DNA of 59,016 bases, from positions 1-59,016 of the forward strand of contig JBGPQV010000019.1 of the NCBI GenBank assembly GCA_041489255.1. The letters are read 5' to 3'. Shown in pieces: positions 19,287 to 29,416 of the stretch; positions within the stretch are counted from its first letter, which is position 1, and every line of letters starts with the position of its first letter. The translations under genes were made by a program, and so were the position numbers. The notes under the pieces were generated by a model. It was not told the DNA's origin, did not search any database, and was given only the letters and a program-made list of their open reading frames with translations. This stretch comes from Thermoplasmata archaeon. GTDB lineage: Archaea; Thermoplasmatota; Thermoplasmata; RBG-16-68-12; JAFNFQ01.

Positions 19287-19577
19287 CTAAGCCACATTCA
19301 TGACGAAGAGCTGCGCGTGCGGCACTCCCTCTATCCACAGGATCCCGTCCTTGCCCGCGAGTCCTGCCCTCCTCGCCGCCTCGACGGTCTCGCTGCCTAC
19401 GAGGTTGCCCATCGTCGCAAGTTTGAGATGCCTGATGAAATCCTCCTCGGTGACGTCATCGCCATCGTAGAAGGAGGAGACATGGAGCCTCAGCTCCCCT
19501 TCGCGCAGGGTCCTCCCGATGAGGTCGGAGTCACACGCCGCGACGAGGACCTCCCTGCCGCGCGTGTGGATCTTCAT
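19287..19577 (-). CDS. DUF424 family protein
   Basis: EVLVAACDSDLIG...FYDG...ATMGNLVG...IEGVPHAQ. Position between mcm and nmd3 is typical. Confidence 0.9.
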   Translation of the reverse strand: MKIHTRGREVLVAACDSDLIGRTLREGELRLHVSSFYDGDDVTEEDFIRHLKLATMGNLVGSETVEAARRAGLAGKDGILWIEGVPHAQLFVMNVA

Positions 19578-19668
19578 TCTTATCGTGGGCGGTGTCTCCG
19601 TATCGGGGATGCGCTTCTGAGCTCATATATTTGTCCGAACGGCTTTCGCTCGCGGTAATCAACGGCAT

Positions 19669-22600
19669 TCAGAGCCTTGTCACGACCCTGAACTTGCCCT
19701 CCGTCGGGGTGTAGACCTCGCCCTCCTCCTTCCAGCGCTTTAGAATCTTCTCCGCCTGAGCCACGGGGATGCCCCTCTGCTCCGCGAGCTGGACTATGTC
19801 CTCCAGGTCGGCGGTCCCGTCCTCCCCCGCGAGCTCCCTGAGGATGTCCCTGAGGACGATCATCTGCTCGCGCTGAGAATGGCTCACGCCTGTCGTGATT
19901 ATGTCTATGTCCACCCGCCCGCCCTCACCGGACACGCGGCTGAGCCAGTACTCCACTATCCGCACCGCCCTCGCCGCATCGTCCGCTGAGACTATCGGGC
20001 TGAGCCTCGCCCTCGCCGACGCTTCCGCGAGTCTCACATACGCTTCCAGTTGCCTCGGGGTTATCGGGACCGCTGAACCTTCCATCTCTCCTCCCTTGCG
20101 TATGTCGAGGTACTGCTCCTTGAGGGTGTCCATCGCCTCCGGGGACAGTATCGGGTAGACGCGCTTGGCGAAGGCGACGTACTTCCTGAAGAAATCCGGC
20201 TTGAAGAAAGGCCTGAACGCATCATCGCTGACCCCGCTGGCGGGGACTGATTCCCCGTGCTCCCTCTTCGTTATCATCTCCCCCGCCAGGTGCCCCCTGA
20301 TGATGTGTTCCGCGAGGTTGCGGTCGTACTCCGCCTGGGGCCTGTCGAACATGCTGAAGATGATGTCGAACCTGCTCAGCAGCGTCGGGGGCATGTCTAT
20401 CTGCTCGCTGACGTACTTGTGCTCGTCGAAGCGACCGAACTTTGGGTTGGCTGCACCAAGGACCGCGCATCTCGCCTGGAGGACCGCGGTGATGCCCGCC
20501 TTCGCGACGCTGACCCTCTGCTGCTCCATCGCTTCATGGATGGCGGAGCGGTCCTGGGGGTTCATCTTATCCATTTCGTCGATGCAGTTATGCACGATGA
20601 CTCCATCGCAGAGGAAATTCTCGCCTTCGGGCACGCGAAGGTCGTAGACATATCCGTCGTGGTGTTCCACCGTGACCTCTGCGATCCGTTCGACGGCGTA
20701 GTCGCTCGCGGTGAGGGCTTGAATGCGCATTCTCTGCTCCTCTGTGCTCCAAGGCGTCAGAGCTTCGCTAAGTCTCATTAGCTGATCCTTGAATGGCTTC
20801 CGTCTGGAATGGGTGAGGTCATAAAACGCGCTCCAAACCCCTTTTTCCAACAGCTGGCCAGGGCGCGGGTCCATCTCTCTAAGAATCTGAAGAAGCGGTT
20901 GTGTCGGAACCTCTTCATGTCGAGGTGAGACGCCTCGCTTGCGTTCTGGAATCATTTTGTATTTCGCCGAGTATGGCGAAATGCAACTCATGAGACGGCG
21001 GGCGTCATGGCTCGATGTAATCTGGATACGAAGCACGCCCCTGCCTTGTCTCAATCGGGAGTAGATGTCAAATCGTCTGAGCGCAAGCATGAATCTCAGA
21101 TTCGTTTCTTCGTTCGAGGAGACCAAGAACTCTACATCCACACTCTCATAGGTGGTCGCATCTTTCCGCGACTTCTTTATTGAAACACATCCATCCGAAT
21201 CCATTGCCCCGGCTATGAACCCACGGAGCGAGGCATCATCGAGATGTAGTAAATTGGCAAGATTCTCGTCGGTCAGCCATTTGTATAGATAGGCAATCAA
21301 ATTGGATCCGCGATGCATGTGATAGCAGGCACTCACCACCGGATGACCACGTATCTGACTGCGCATCAATCGTCCGTGCATCCCCCAAGTCCTGGAAGAC
21401 ACAGCCTTCGTCGCGCGCAAAACTTGCTGGATATTCCTGAGATTTGATCTGGATTGGAAGATGCTGACAGATGAATGACGGTTATCTACTGAGACGTGTC
21501 CATCCCCAAATATAAACCCTAGAATGTAAGCCAATTCAGGCGTGATGGTTCCGACTTTGAGTCGTTCAGTCGAGGAACTGCGGCCAAAGGCCAAAGGCCG
21601 TCCTTTCCATACCTTGTGTAAATCCAAGTCCTCCAGAATCTTGCGGAATTGTCCAACCCGAACCCCACTGCGACCGGAAAGGAAGTCACGGCTCAGACCG
21701 AAGTATCGATTCGCCGCCGCCAAGCTCGGGAACTTGGCATATAAGCTTGACCGAAGCTCTTGTTTCTGGCCGGTAGTGAGTTGGACGATCCAACTCGATG
21801 GGATTATGTCAAGGATGTATATTGGTTCCGAGCGTTCGGGCAGCCTCTGTAGAGCAACAAGGCGTCCACGAGCTCGCACATCCTGCAGTTGTTTCCATTC
21901 CAAATCCTCGCCATCTAAGACCACGTGATCTGGCGTCAGCCTAAGCACGAATCCGGAGTCGAGCTTCACTCGAAGGATGGGGCCTGAATACCTTCTTCGC
22001 GCCAGAAGCTTTATCCGCGAATTCCGCGCGTGCAAGGTGTGGAGATCCAAGGTTGGTGTTTCACTTTCTAAAGCCATAATCTCCAGATTCCTTCCTCTCG
22101 AGGTGGCATTCCATGACTTGGTGGCGTCGAACAGCGATTCAATGGCCCGGGGCACCCCATCAATCATGACTTCTGCGCTTGGATGGAGGCATGCAAGACC
22201 CTTATCAGCCAGCACGAGAGCTCCGGCCTCAAGGGTCCATCGTCCTTCACCGAATTCTTCACTTCGGATGGCTGCAGCAGTCAGCCCAGCTGCACTCGCG
22301 GCTCTGCCCGTAGCAAGGATACCTCGCGGGGAGAGCTTGGCCATGTAGGCGAGCAGTTCTGACTTTGCCGTGCCTGGGTCTCCTACCAATAAAATATGGA
22401 TGTCACCCCTTATCCTCCTGCCATCGGGCATATGCTTCGGGACGCCCCCGAAGAGCTGCAGGGAGAGGGCCTCCTTCTCCATATCCAGTCCGTAGATTGA
22501 GGGCGCTATCGAGGCGACGATGTGCCGGAAAATATCGGGGTCCTCCGCCTCGCGCCTGATCTCCTCGACGTCCTCGTCCGAGATCTTGATCTCCTCGTAC

Positions 22601-23379
22601 TCGACCTGCTCCATCTCCATCGAGTTGATCTCCATGAAGATGTCAAAGAGGGTGGATTTCAGGCCGGGTTTCACACGCTGATAGCTCCTCAGTATGCCGT
22701 TGAGCACGACCCTGTCGCCTGGCATCGCGAACCCGACCATGTCGTCGTCGATGTGTGCGCTCAGCCGCCTAGGCTCCTCGCCCCCCCTCAATCCCTCCGG
22801 GGCCTCCTGCGCCTCGATCTGCTGCGTGTCGAGGAAGACAGAGCCCTCGTTCATCAGCGCGAACTTGGTCGCCGAGGCGGAGCGCTTGCAGCCGCCTTGG
22901 TCCTCGTAGCACTCGAGCGGCTCGTGGAGGACCGTGTTCTCCTGCGGCATCTTGATGACGGTGCCGCACCTCGCGCACCTGAAAGACGCATCGGTGAGCT
23001 TCGGCCTGACCTCGGTGGCCTTGCGCACCAGTCCCTCTACCGCGATGTAAGTCCCCAGGTGCTTGCTCCTCAGATCCCTTATCTGGACTCGCGACTCCCG
23101 GGGCAGCCCTTTCATCCGCAGGTGGACCCGCACCGCCTCGTCCGTCGGCGGGATGAGCCTCCTTATCGTCTCCTCGCCCGCCGCGATCGCGGTCTGCGGC
23201 CTCCTGAGCAGGTACATGCCGAAGTCGGTGTCGTAGCGGTCCAGATCCTCGAACCGGACCTCCAGGCTCCGAGTCTCAGGGTACTCGTCAGCCAGGCTGA
23301 GTATACGGCTGTGGTATTCCTGTTCCTCGAAGAACTCTTCCCACTTGGCGAGCAGTTCCTCTTGAGAGTAATCTACCAT
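19669..23379 (-). CDS. mcm: MCM replicative helicase containing one intein
   Basis: Start moved to MVDYSQEE (ATG 23379). Zn finger CARC...C...C, Walker A GDPGTAKS, CIDEMDKM, AANPKFGRF, LLSRFD, TPRQLE, C-terminal wHTH. The spliced product is about 701 aa. Confidence 0.97.
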   Translation of the reverse strand: MVDYSQEELLAKWEEFFEEQEYHSRILSLADEYPETRSLEVRFEDLDRYDTDFGMYLLRRPQTAIAAGEETIRRLIPPTDEAVRVHLRMKGLPRESRVQIRDLRSKHLGTYIAVEGLVRKATEVRPKLTDASFRCARCGTVIKMPQENTVLHEPLECYEDQGGCKRSASATKFALMNEGSVFLDTQQIEAQEAPEGLRGGEEPRRLSAHIDDDMVGFAMPGDRVVLNGILRSYQRVKPGLKSTLFDIFMEINSMEMEQVEYEEIKISDEDVEEIRREAEDPDIFRHIVASIAPSIYGLDMEKEALSLQLFGGVPKHMPDGRRIRGDIHILLVGDPGTAKSELLAYMAKLSPRGILATGRAASAAGLTAAAIRSEEFGEGRWTLEAGALVLADKGLACLHPSAEVMIDGVPRAIESLFDATKSWNATSRGRNLEIMALESETPTLDLHTLHARNSRIKLLARRRYSGPILRVKLDSGFVLRLTPDHVVLDGEDLEWKQLQDVRARGRLVALQRLPERSEPIYILDIIPSSWIVQLTTGQKQELRSSLYAKFPSLAAANRYFGLSRDFLSGRSGVRVGQFRKILEDLDLHKVWKGRPLAFGRSSSTERLKVGTITPELAYILGFIFGDGHVSVDNRHSSVSIFQSRSNLRNIQQVLRATKAVSSRTWGMHGRLMRSQIRGHPVVSACYHMHRGSNLIAYLYKWLTDENLANLLHLDDASLRGFIAGAMDSDGCVSIKKSRKDATTYESVDVEFLVSSNEETNLRFMLALRRFDIYSRLRQGRGVLRIQITSSHDARRLMSCISPYSAKYKMIPERKRGVSPRHEEVPTQPLLQILREMDPRPGQLLEKGVWSAFYDLTHSRRKPFKDQLMRLSEALTPWSTEEQRMRIQALTASDYAVERIAEVTVEHHDGYVYDLRVPEGENFLCDGVIVHNCIDEMDKMNPQDRSAIHEAMEQQRVSVAKAGITAVLQARCAVLGAANPKFGRFDEHKYVSEQIDMPPTLLSRFDIIFSMFDRPQAEYDRNLAEHIIRGHLAGEMITKREHGESVPASGVSDDAFRPFFKPDFFRKYVAFAKRVYPILSPEAMDTLKEQYLDIRKGGEMEGSAVPITPRQLEAYVRLAEASARARLSPIVSADDAARAVRIVEYWLSRVSGEGGRVDIDIITTGVSHSQREQMIVLRDILRELAGEDGTADLEDIVQLAEQRGIPVAQAEKILKRWKEEGEVYTPTEGKFRVVTRL
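20587..22191 (-). mobile_element. Intein with LAGLIDADG homing endonuclease (535 aa) in MCM, just before Walker B
   Basis: ADKGLA|CLHPSAEV ... LTPDH (block B) ... YILGFIFGDG ... FIAGAMDSDG ... VYDLRV...NFLCDGVIVHN|CIDEMDK. Visibly more AT-rich than the host gene. Confidence 0.96.
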
Positions 23380-23488
23380 TCTCGCGCCCCCGGGCTCTCG
23401 CGTCGATGTCGCACCTCCTCGTGAGTACATAACGTTTGTAACGAGCCTTCCCGTGGACTCCATCCTCCCATGCAGTAAAGGTGGAGTC

Positions 23489-23501
23489 GTTTCCACTGGA
23501 G
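23489..23501 (-). promoter_or_regulatory. Mini-ORB-like Orc1/Cdc6 binding motif (CTCCAGTGGAAAC) upstream of mcm
   Basis: Exact match to the archaeal ORB core TCCAGTGGAAAC, with no G-string, 110 nt upstream of the mcm start. Confidence 0.6.
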
Positions 23502-23502
23502 A

Positions 23503-23637
23503 TTATCCGCACGGGCTGTAACCGCATTCCCTGCAGAACCCGCACGCCCCGGCCCGGTCCAAGGGCTGACCGCAGTCGGGGCAGGAGTCCTGGTTCACGG
23601 GATGAGACTCGGTCCTCGACACCTCCTGCGAAACCAT
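23503..23637 (-). CDS. CPxCG-type zinc-finger microprotein (44 aa; alternative ATG at 23649)
   Basis: Not in the ORF track. Translates as MVSQEVSRTESHPVNQDSCPDCGQPLDRAGACGFCRECGYSPCG*. Confidence 0.7.
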   Translation of the reverse strand: MVSQEVSRTESHPVNQDSCPDCGQPLDRAGACGFCRECGYSPCG

Positions 23638-23788
23638 GCTCTGTTTCATGGCAACAATAACAACGGCCGTTCAAGAACAAGGGCTTGACTGGTAGATGCA
23701 TGAAACTGCTCCATGGAGATGTTGACGCTTCCCTCAGTCCTGTGCAATCTATAAATAGAGAGGCCCCACTGAGTCTCATCAACGGAGT

Positions 23789-26700
23789 ATGAGGGACATG
23801 CGTCGTGTGGGCAATCGTTATGCTAGCCTCAGGGACGAAACCATTCGCGCATTCAGGCCGTACTGCAGAGAATGCTCGCTTTCAGACAAGCGGGCTCTTC
23901 CTAGCCTGCTCGTTATTGCCACACTGGTCATCGCCAGTCTGATTGCTGTAGTCTCGCTCATCACAATCACCGCCGAGGCCGCGACCTTGTATGTAGGAGG
24001 TGGCGGTCCGGGAAACTACACAACGATACAGGCGGCGATAGACGCCGCGAGTCCGGGGGACACCATATACGTCTTCAAAGGGACTTACAAGGAAAAGGTG
24101 ACGATCTCCAAGACTCTGACGCTCGTCGGCGAGGACACGGCGAATACAGTGATTGACGGCGACCGAGTCTCTGATGTGATGGTGATCACGGCGGATTGGG
24201 TGAATGTAAGCGGCTTCAGGATCAGGAACAGCTCGTGGAATGCCGGCGACGCTGGAATAGAGCTTTCTGGCGTTCAGCATTGTCACTTGTTCGAAAACAA
24301 TGTTTCGGATAACACTGGAATCGGAATCTATCTGGTCACGTCGAGCTACAACACCGTAACAGACAACCTCCTCTACGAGAATTGGGATCCGGACGGGGCA
24401 GGCGTTTATCTCCTATCTTCGGACAATAACCTCGTTGCCGGCAATGTCGCAGTCGGGAACGCAAAGGGAATACTGCTCTGGTCCTCGGATGCCAACACGA
24501 TCACCGGGAACAACATATCCACGAACTGGGACTACGGTACATACCTCAGGTCCGCCAATGATAACACGATTAGCAATAACTCCTTCTTCGACAACTGGGG
24601 CCGGGGCGTTCGCGTCGTCCAGTCGAATGGCAATGTCGTCTCCAACAACACCTTCATCCAGAACTATGAGGGGATGTCTCTCGAATCCTCTTCCAGCAAT
24701 GTCGTCGCCAACAACACCCTGCTGAACAATTGGGACAACGGCATCGAGATCTCAGGCACCGGCAGCAATCGCGTCGCCGATAACCTCCTGCACGATAACT
24801 GGGGCGACGGGATACGGACTTCGTACGCCTCATACAACCTCATAGAGAACAACTCGATTGAGGGCAGCTATCGTGCGGACATCGCGCTCGTCTCATCCAA
24901 CCACGAGACGGTATTGAACAACACGATGGTGGGCGGCGGAGTGTACATCGACGGCAGCGCATACTACGGCAAGTCTCTGAGCCACTGGAACACGCACACT
25001 ATCCCGACATCTAATACTGTCAACGGCAAACCCGTGTACTACTGGAAAGACGTCGCTGGCGGGTCGATTCCACTCGACGCTGGGCAGGCCATACTTGCGA
25101 ATTGCTCGGGCGTCGTGGTGGACGGCATCAACATCAGCGACGTCGTCACGAGCGTTGAGGCAGGTTTCTCATCCGGTATCACCATATCCAACATCACCAG
25201 CTGGGACGCCTACTACTCGATCCTGTCGATGCAGTCTGAGAGTGTCGATGTCCATGATATCGTGATCTCGTCAGTGGCTCAGATGGGAGTGAGCTTGCTT
25301 TTCACCCATGACAGCACGATCACCAATGTCTCGGTCCGGTCTAGTGATTATGCTGGCGTGTACCTGAGGAACTCATATCGCAATGAGCTCAGCACCCTCA
25401 ACGTGAGCGATGCCGCCACGACAGGTCTCTACTTTGAATACTCGGGCGACAACTACATACTGGGGAGCTTTTTCTGGTTCAACGGGGGAAGCGGTGCCAA
25501 CCTTCTGGTTTCCAGGAACAACACGATTTCCAACACATCCCTGATTGGCAACTCTTATGGTGTGAGCCTGAGCAACGCAGACAACAATGCGTTCAAGAAT
25601 GACACGATTGCATCCAATGAAAGATACGGGGTAAACTCTTTCAACTCGAGTGCAAACCGGTTCTTTCACAACGACTTCATCGACAACGGGCAGCAGGCGA
25701 GCGACAACAGCCCCAACTCTTGGGACGACGGATATCCATCCGGTGGCAATTTCTGGAGCGACTACACCGGGACGGATGCGTTCAGCGGGCCCAACCAGGA
25801 CATCCCGGGGAGCGACGGCATAGGCGACACACCGTACGGCATACCCGGAGGAACGAACGAAGACCGCTATCCTCTGATGAATGCCTCTATGCCCCGCCCG
25901 TGGCGTCCCTTCGCGCCTCTGAACCTTCAAGCCGTCGCAGGCCTAGGCAATGTCACCTTGACTTGGGATCCTCCGTTGACGGATGGCGGGTCGGCGATCA
26001 CAGGCTATCGCATCTACCGCGGCCTCACGCCCGGCAGCAAGACCATCCTTGAGGAGATGGGCAACGTCACCAGCTTCGTGGACTCGGGGTTGACGGGCGG
26101 GTACACCTACTACTATCAAGTGAGCGCGAAGAACACTGCGGGCGAGGGCAGGAAATCCAACCAAGTTGGCGCTTCTCCATTCGATTTCCCGGGCCCTCCA
26201 GGGAATCTGGTAGCCACGCCTGGAGACGGCAGGGTGACGCTCTATTGGTCGGCACCGATCTACACTGGCGGCTCCCCGATCACGAACTACTCGGTCTATA
26301 GAGGAAACATCTCCGGTGGCGAGACGGTTTTGGTCAAGCTCGGACAACAAGAGACCTTTGTCGATCTCAACGTGACGAACCGACAGACATACTTCTACCA
26401 AGTGAGCGCGTGGAACATAATCGGCGAGGGTCAGAAATCAGCGGAGGGTAGCGCAACTCCGGCAATGGTGCCAAGTCCTCCTAGGAACCTCACGGCGACA
26501 GCAGGAGCGGGGACTATCGCGCTCAACTGGACCCTCCCGGCTGACGACGGTGGCTCGCCCATTACGACTTACATGCTGTACAGAGGGACTACTCCCGGAG
26601 GAGAGTCGCCCATGTGGACCGTCGGCAACATTCTCTCCTATGTGGACGTCAATGTGACCGGCGACGTCACCTACTTTTATCAGATTACCGCCATTAACGC

Positions 26701-29251
26701 GATAGGTGAAGGGACGCGGTCCAACGAGGCAAATGCGACGGCCATGGGCGTGCCATCCAATCCGCTGAACTTGACCGCTGTGGGCGGGAACGGAGTCGTG
26801 ACCTTATCCTGGATGCAACCCCTCTCCGATGGCGGTAGCCCAATCATCGGCTATACAATCTATCGAGGCCTCACGAGCGGAGGCGAGATCTATCATGCGA
26901 CAGCGGGCGTCATCCCCACTTTCATCGACACGGGCCTCACCAACGGCGTCACATACTACTACAAAGTCAGCGCGAGTAATGCGATAGGAGAAGGTGCGCG
27001 GTCCAACGAGGCTTATGCCACGCCGATGACGGTCCCCGGTCCCCCAACCGGTGTCGTGGCCATGAGCACCTATTTCACCGCGATGGTCGAATGGCAGGCC
27101 CCGTTGAACACGGGGGGCTCCCCTGTCACGAACTACTCGATCTACAGGGGGACCTCGCCCGGAGGAGAGACCCTGCTGGCGACCATAGGCAATCTCCTGT
27201 CGTACACGGACATCAACGTGACCAATGGCCAGATTTACTACTATGTGGTGTCCGCGATCAACGCTGCCGGCGAGGGCCCGAAGTCGCTGGAGGTCAGGGT
27301 GACTGTGCCCGACCACCCCTCTGCACCGCTGAACCTGCTGGTAGCAAGCGGGAACCAGGAGGTGACGCTGACATGGGACCCACCGACTTCTGATGGCGGC
27401 TGTCTCATCACCAACTACTCCATCTACAGGGGGTTCTGGAGCGGCGGCGAGACGCTCTTGACAACCGTCAGCGTCTCCACGACCTACACAGACACGGGGC
27501 TCACCAACGGGGTCGCTTACTACTATCGAGTCAGCGCGATTAATCCCGTCGGCGAGGGACCGAAATCCAACGAGGCGATGGCTGTCCCGAGCACCCTGCC
27601 GTCCCCGCCAACGATCGTCAGCGCAACCGGCATCGACGGCGAGGTGGTGCTCACCATTTTCCCGCCAACAGACAGCGGCGGTCTTCCGATCATCACATAC
27701 AAAATGTACCGGGGAACGAGCCCCGGCGGGGAAGTCTTCATCACGGACATAGGCACGCCGAGCAAGCACTTCGACGCGGGCCTCACGAACGGCGTCATGT
27801 ACTACTACAGGCTGTCCGCGGTGAACGCAAACGGTGAAAGCGATCCATCTGAGGAAGCGAGCGCGATGCCCCGGGCTTTGCCTTCGCAGCCCCTGAACGC
27901 GCATGCTACGGCAGGCTTCGTCCAGGTGCAGCTCACGTGGCAGGCACCCGCCAAGGACGGCGGCTACCCGATCACCGCCTACAAGGTGTATCGCGGAGTG
28001 ACATCTGGTGGCGAGACGCTGCTGGCGACCCTGGGCAACGTCCTGAGTTACACGGACTTGGCGGTGACGAACGGGCAGGGATACTTCTACAAGGTCAGCG
28101 CGATGACTGTGGTGGGGGAGGGCCCGCAATCGACCGAGGTCTCAGCGACGCCGTTGTCGCCTCCTTCGACTCCCTCGCCGCCGCAGAACCTCGTGGCGCT
28201 CGCGGGGAACGCTCAGGTCGCCCTCGCTTGGGATACACCCGCATCGGATGGCGGATCGCCGGTCACCGGTTACAGCCTCTACCGCGGCACGGCGGCGGGC
28301 GGAGAGGTCTTCATCAGGATCGTCGGCAACATGCTGACCTACACCGACACTGGGCTGACGAATGGCCAGACCTACTACTTCGAAATCACCGCGTCAAACG
28401 TGGCGGGTGAAAGCGGGCGCTCGAACGAGGCAAATGCCAGGCCGGCCATGGTGCCCGGACAGCCCACCGGATTGGTCGCGGTTGCAGGCACTCTGCGGGC
28501 GACCCTCACGTGGAACGCGCCTGCGAGCGATGGCGGTTCCTCGATTACGAACTACGTCATCTACCGCGGCGCCACATCTGGCAGTGAGACAACGCTGGCG
28601 ACCGTGGGCAACGTCCTCACCTATGTGGACAGCGACGTGGTCGGCGGTCGCGCCTACTTCTACAGGGTCAGCGCCATCAACTCGATAGGAGAGGGACCGC
28701 TGTCCGTTGAGGCGACTGTCACCATCTCCCCGTCACCGAACCTGCCGCCGACGTGCTCAATCACCGCTCCTCCGCAGGGAGCCGAAGTCTCCGGCAGAGC
28801 CGCAATCCAGGGAGTCGCGGCGGACGCGGACGGAAACATCATCGTCGTGGAGATCCGCATGGACGGTGGATCCTGGATGGGCGCGTCGGGCAAGGACGCG
28901 TGGAGCTACGCCTGGAACACGAAGTTGTACTCGAACGGGCAGCACACGATCGAGGCGCGGTCCTATGACGGGAAGGATTTCTCGCAGGTCGCGAGCGTGA
29001 CCGTGTCAGTCAACAACCCCGCCGAGCAGGGCCCGGGCGGCGGGAGGAGCTCGTCTGATGCTGTTGGCATTGCACTGTCCATAGCCCTCCTCGTCGTTGC
29101 GATGTTGCTGATATTCCTTTTCCTGAAGGAACGTCGGTCGAGGAAACCTGCAGTGGAGCCTCAAGAGAGTCTCTCGGAAAAGGAGACGCCGGAAGAGGTG
29201 TTCGAGGAGGAGTGGCAGGAAGAGGAGGAACCGCCAGAGGAATTCCTGTAG
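23789..29251 (+). CDS. Membrane-anchored NosD/CASH right-handed beta-helix + 10x FN3 + Ig surface protein
   Basis: TATA (ctataaata) at about 23749. LYVGGGGPGNYTTIQAAIDAA, Asn-rich beta-helix repeats, WDDGYPSGGNFWSDY...DGIGDTPY. Ten FN3 repeats (DGGSPIT.Y.IYRG), then a TM helix and acidic tail. Exact start uncertain. Confidence 0.9.
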   Translation: MRDMRRVGNRYASLRDETIRAFRPYCRECSLSDKRALPSLLVIATLVIASLIAVVSLITITAEAATLYVGGGGPGNYTTIQAAIDAASPGDTIYVFKGTYKEKVTISKTLTLVGEDTANTVIDGDRVSDVMVITADWVNVSGFRIRNSSWNAGDAGIELSGVQHCHLFENNVSDNTGIGIYLVTSSYNTVTDNLLYENWDPDGAGVYLLSSDNNLVAGNVAVGNAKGILLWSSDANTITGNNISTNWDYGTYLRSANDNTISNNSFFDNWGRGVRVVQSNGNVVSNNTFIQNYEGMSLESSSSNVVANNTLLNNWDNGIEISGTGSNRVADNLLHDNWGDGIRTSYASYNLIENNSIEGSYRADIALVSSNHETVLNNTMVGGGVYIDGSAYYGKSLSHWNTHTIPTSNTVNGKPVYYWKDVAGGSIPLDAGQAILANCSGVVVDGINISDVVTSVEAGFSSGITISNITSWDAYYSILSMQSESVDVHDIVISSVAQMGVSLLFTHDSTITNVSVRSSDYAGVYLRNSYRNELSTLNVSDAATTGLYFEYSGDNYILGSFFWFNGGSGANLLVSRNNTISNTSLIGNSYGVSLSNADNNAFKNDTIASNERYGVNSFNSSANRFFHNDFIDNGQQASDNSPNSWDDGYPSGGNFWSDYTGTDAFSGPNQDIPGSDGIGDTPYGIPGGTNEDRYPLMNASMPRPWRPFAPLNLQAVAGLGNVTLTWDPPLTDGGSAITGYRIYRGLTPGSKTILEEMGNVTSFVDSGLTGGYTYYYQVSAKNTAGEGRKSNQVGASPFDFPGPPGNLVATPGDGRVTLYWSAPIYTGGSPITNYSVYRGNISGGETVLVKLGQQETFVDLNVTNRQTYFYQVSAWNIIGEGQKSAEGSATPAMVPSPPRNLTATAGAGTIALNWTLPADDGGSPITTYMLYRGTTPGGESPMWTVGNILSYVDVNVTGDVTYFYQITAINAIGEGTRSNEANATAMGVPSNPLNLTAVGGNGVVTLSWMQPLSDGGSPIIGYTIYRGLTSGGEIYHATAGVIPTFIDTGLTNGVTYYYKVSASNAIGEGARSNEAYATPMTVPGPPTGVVAMSTYFTAMVEWQAPLNTGGSPVTNYSIYRGTSPGGETLLATIGNLLSYTDINVTNGQIYYYVVSAINAAGEGPKSLEVRVTVPDHPSAPLNLLVASGNQEVTLTWDPPTSDGGCLITNYSIYRGFWSGGETLLTTVSVSTTYTDTGLTNGVAYYYRVSAINPVGEGPKSNEAMAVPSTLPSPPTIVSATGIDGEVVLTIFPPTDSGGLPIITYKMYRGTSPGGEVFITDIGTPSKHFDAGLTNGVMYYYRLSAVNANGESDPSEEASAMPRALPSQPLNAHATAGFVQVQLTWQAPAKDGGYPITAYKVYRGVTSGGETLLATLGNVLSYTDLAVTNGQGYFYKVSAMTVVGEGPQSTEVSATPLSPPSTPSPPQNLVALAGNAQVALAWDTPASDGGSPVTGYSLYRGTAAGGEVFIRIVGNMLTYTDTGLTNGQTYYFEITASNVAGESGRSNEANARPAMVPGQPTGLVAVAGTLRATLTWNAPASDGGSSITNYVIYRGATSGSETTLATVGNVLTYVDSDVVGGRAYFYRVSAINSIGEGPLSVEATVTISPSPNLPPTCSITAPPQGAEVSGRAAIQGVAADADGNIIVVEIRMDGGSWMGASGKDAWSYAWNTKLYSNGQHTIEARSYDGKDFSQVASVTVSVNNPAEQGPGGGRSSSDAVGIALSIALLVVAMLLIFLFLKERRSRKPAVEPQESLSEKETPEEVFEEEWQEEEEPPEEFL

Positions 29252-29416
29252 TCGGAATGGGCTCAGCCGGGGCCGCAAGTGCATCTCGCGCGAGCCAAAT
29301 CATGGAGAGATTGCACAGCCGCAGGCCGTGGAACATGGCTACCAGCGTCCGCATCTCAAATTAGAGGTTATAAATACGGGGGCTGTGCTCCGTTCCGGCG
29401 AGGAGGCTCTGGAGCA

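Noticed and set aside
23400-23790. Full replication origin (oriC)
   Set aside because: Only one clear mini-ORB, with no G-string ORB pair, no AT-rich unwinding element and no adjacent cdc6.
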